Shown: positions 63,443 through 64,000 of the stretch, piece by piece | How the letters are laid out: each line of letters begins with the position of its first letter | Numbering within the stretch: the stretch's first letter is position 1 | Assembly (NCBI GenBank): GCA_963664705.1 | Contig: OY761556.1 | Span: 2,560,001 to 2,624,000 of the forward strand | Reading direction: 5' to 3' | DNA length: 64,000 nt | Origin: Acidobacteriota bacterium | Lineage (GTDB): Bacteria; Acidobacteriota; UBA6911 | Notes under the pieces: generated by a model | What the model saw: the letters and a program-made list of their open reading frames with translations, nothing else | What the model was told of the DNA's origin: nothing | Database searches by the model: none | Translations under genes and position numbers: made by a program

Positions 63443-64000
63443 ATGAGAAAACCCATCGCATTCTGGCTATTGGTATTTTTGGCATTCTCACTTACAGCCG
63501 CAACCACAAGCGGAAGGGATCAACAGACCATGTCCCCTACCATTTTCGGAAAACTTCAGGATGGCCGTGAAGTTCACAAATATACGCTGACCAATAAAGC
63601 CGGAGCTTCGGCCGAAATCATCGATTACGGAGCCATCCTTGTTTCTCTCCGCGTTCCAGACAGGCATGGCAAACTCGGAGATGTGGTTTTGGGCTATGAC
63701 AATGTTCAGGCATACGCGAACGGCACAGCCTATTTTGGCGCGATTGTTGGGCGATACGGAAATCGCATCGGGAAAGGCAAATTCAAGCTGGATGGGAAAG
63801 AGTATCAGCTAACCATTAACGATGGGGCCAATCACCTTCACGGCGGCAAAATAGGTTTCAGCAAAGTTTTGTGGGAAGTAAAATCCTTTGCAAATTCCAG
63901 CGAACCGTCACTCGCATTGCAGTATGTCAGCCGCGATGGTGAGGAGGGGTATCCCGGGACCGTGGTCCTGAAGGTGAAATATACTTTGACGGATAAGAAC
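63443..64000 (+). CDS. galM: Aldose 1-epimerase with signal peptide, 3'-truncated by window edge
   Basis: Manual translation: DVVLGYD..YFGAIVGRYGNRI..NHLHGG..DGEEGYPG. Confidence 0.92.
   Translation, partial: MRKPIAFWLLVFLAFSLTAATTSGRDQQTMSPTIFGKLQDGREVHKYTLTNKAGASAEIIDYGAILVSLRVPDRHGKLGDVVLGYDNVQAYANGTAYFGAIVGRYGNRIGKGKFKLDGKEYQLTINDGANHLHGGKIGFSKVLWEVKSFANSSEPSLALQYVSRDGEEGYPGTVVLKVKYTLTDKN

Overview
The left ~38 kb is the right-hand part of an HK97-like siphovirus prophage, read on the minus strand from replication genes through HNH/cos, ParB-methylase, terminase, portal, S49 protease, capsid, neck and tail. It ends at the displaced 3' half of a tRNA-Ser(CGA) gene (attR-like, ~37997-38054). 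No integrase, repressor or lysis genes are visible, and the element continues past the left edge. The prophage carries two opposite-strand morons and a lower-GC ~10 kb cargo operon: a Xis/LuxR hybrid regulator, a BACON protein, two LolA-like proteins, a signal-peptide-bearing Rhs protein with an HExxH C-terminal domain, and a putative immunity gene. A densely structured ~200-nt non-coding element precedes the tail tube gene, where a tail-terminator gene would normally lie. The right ~26 kb is host DNA from a probable diderm anaerobe (Acidobacteriota-like, inferred only from protein styles). It encodes a secreted spike-like protein, a Tat FeS subunit plus AOR-family enzyme, a Mop-type aldehyde oxidoreductase, a diheme cytochrome, an M6 protease, a glycyl radical enzyme with its activase, and a sucrose phosphorylase sugar cluster. 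All family assignments come from motif recognition by eye; no database searches were run.
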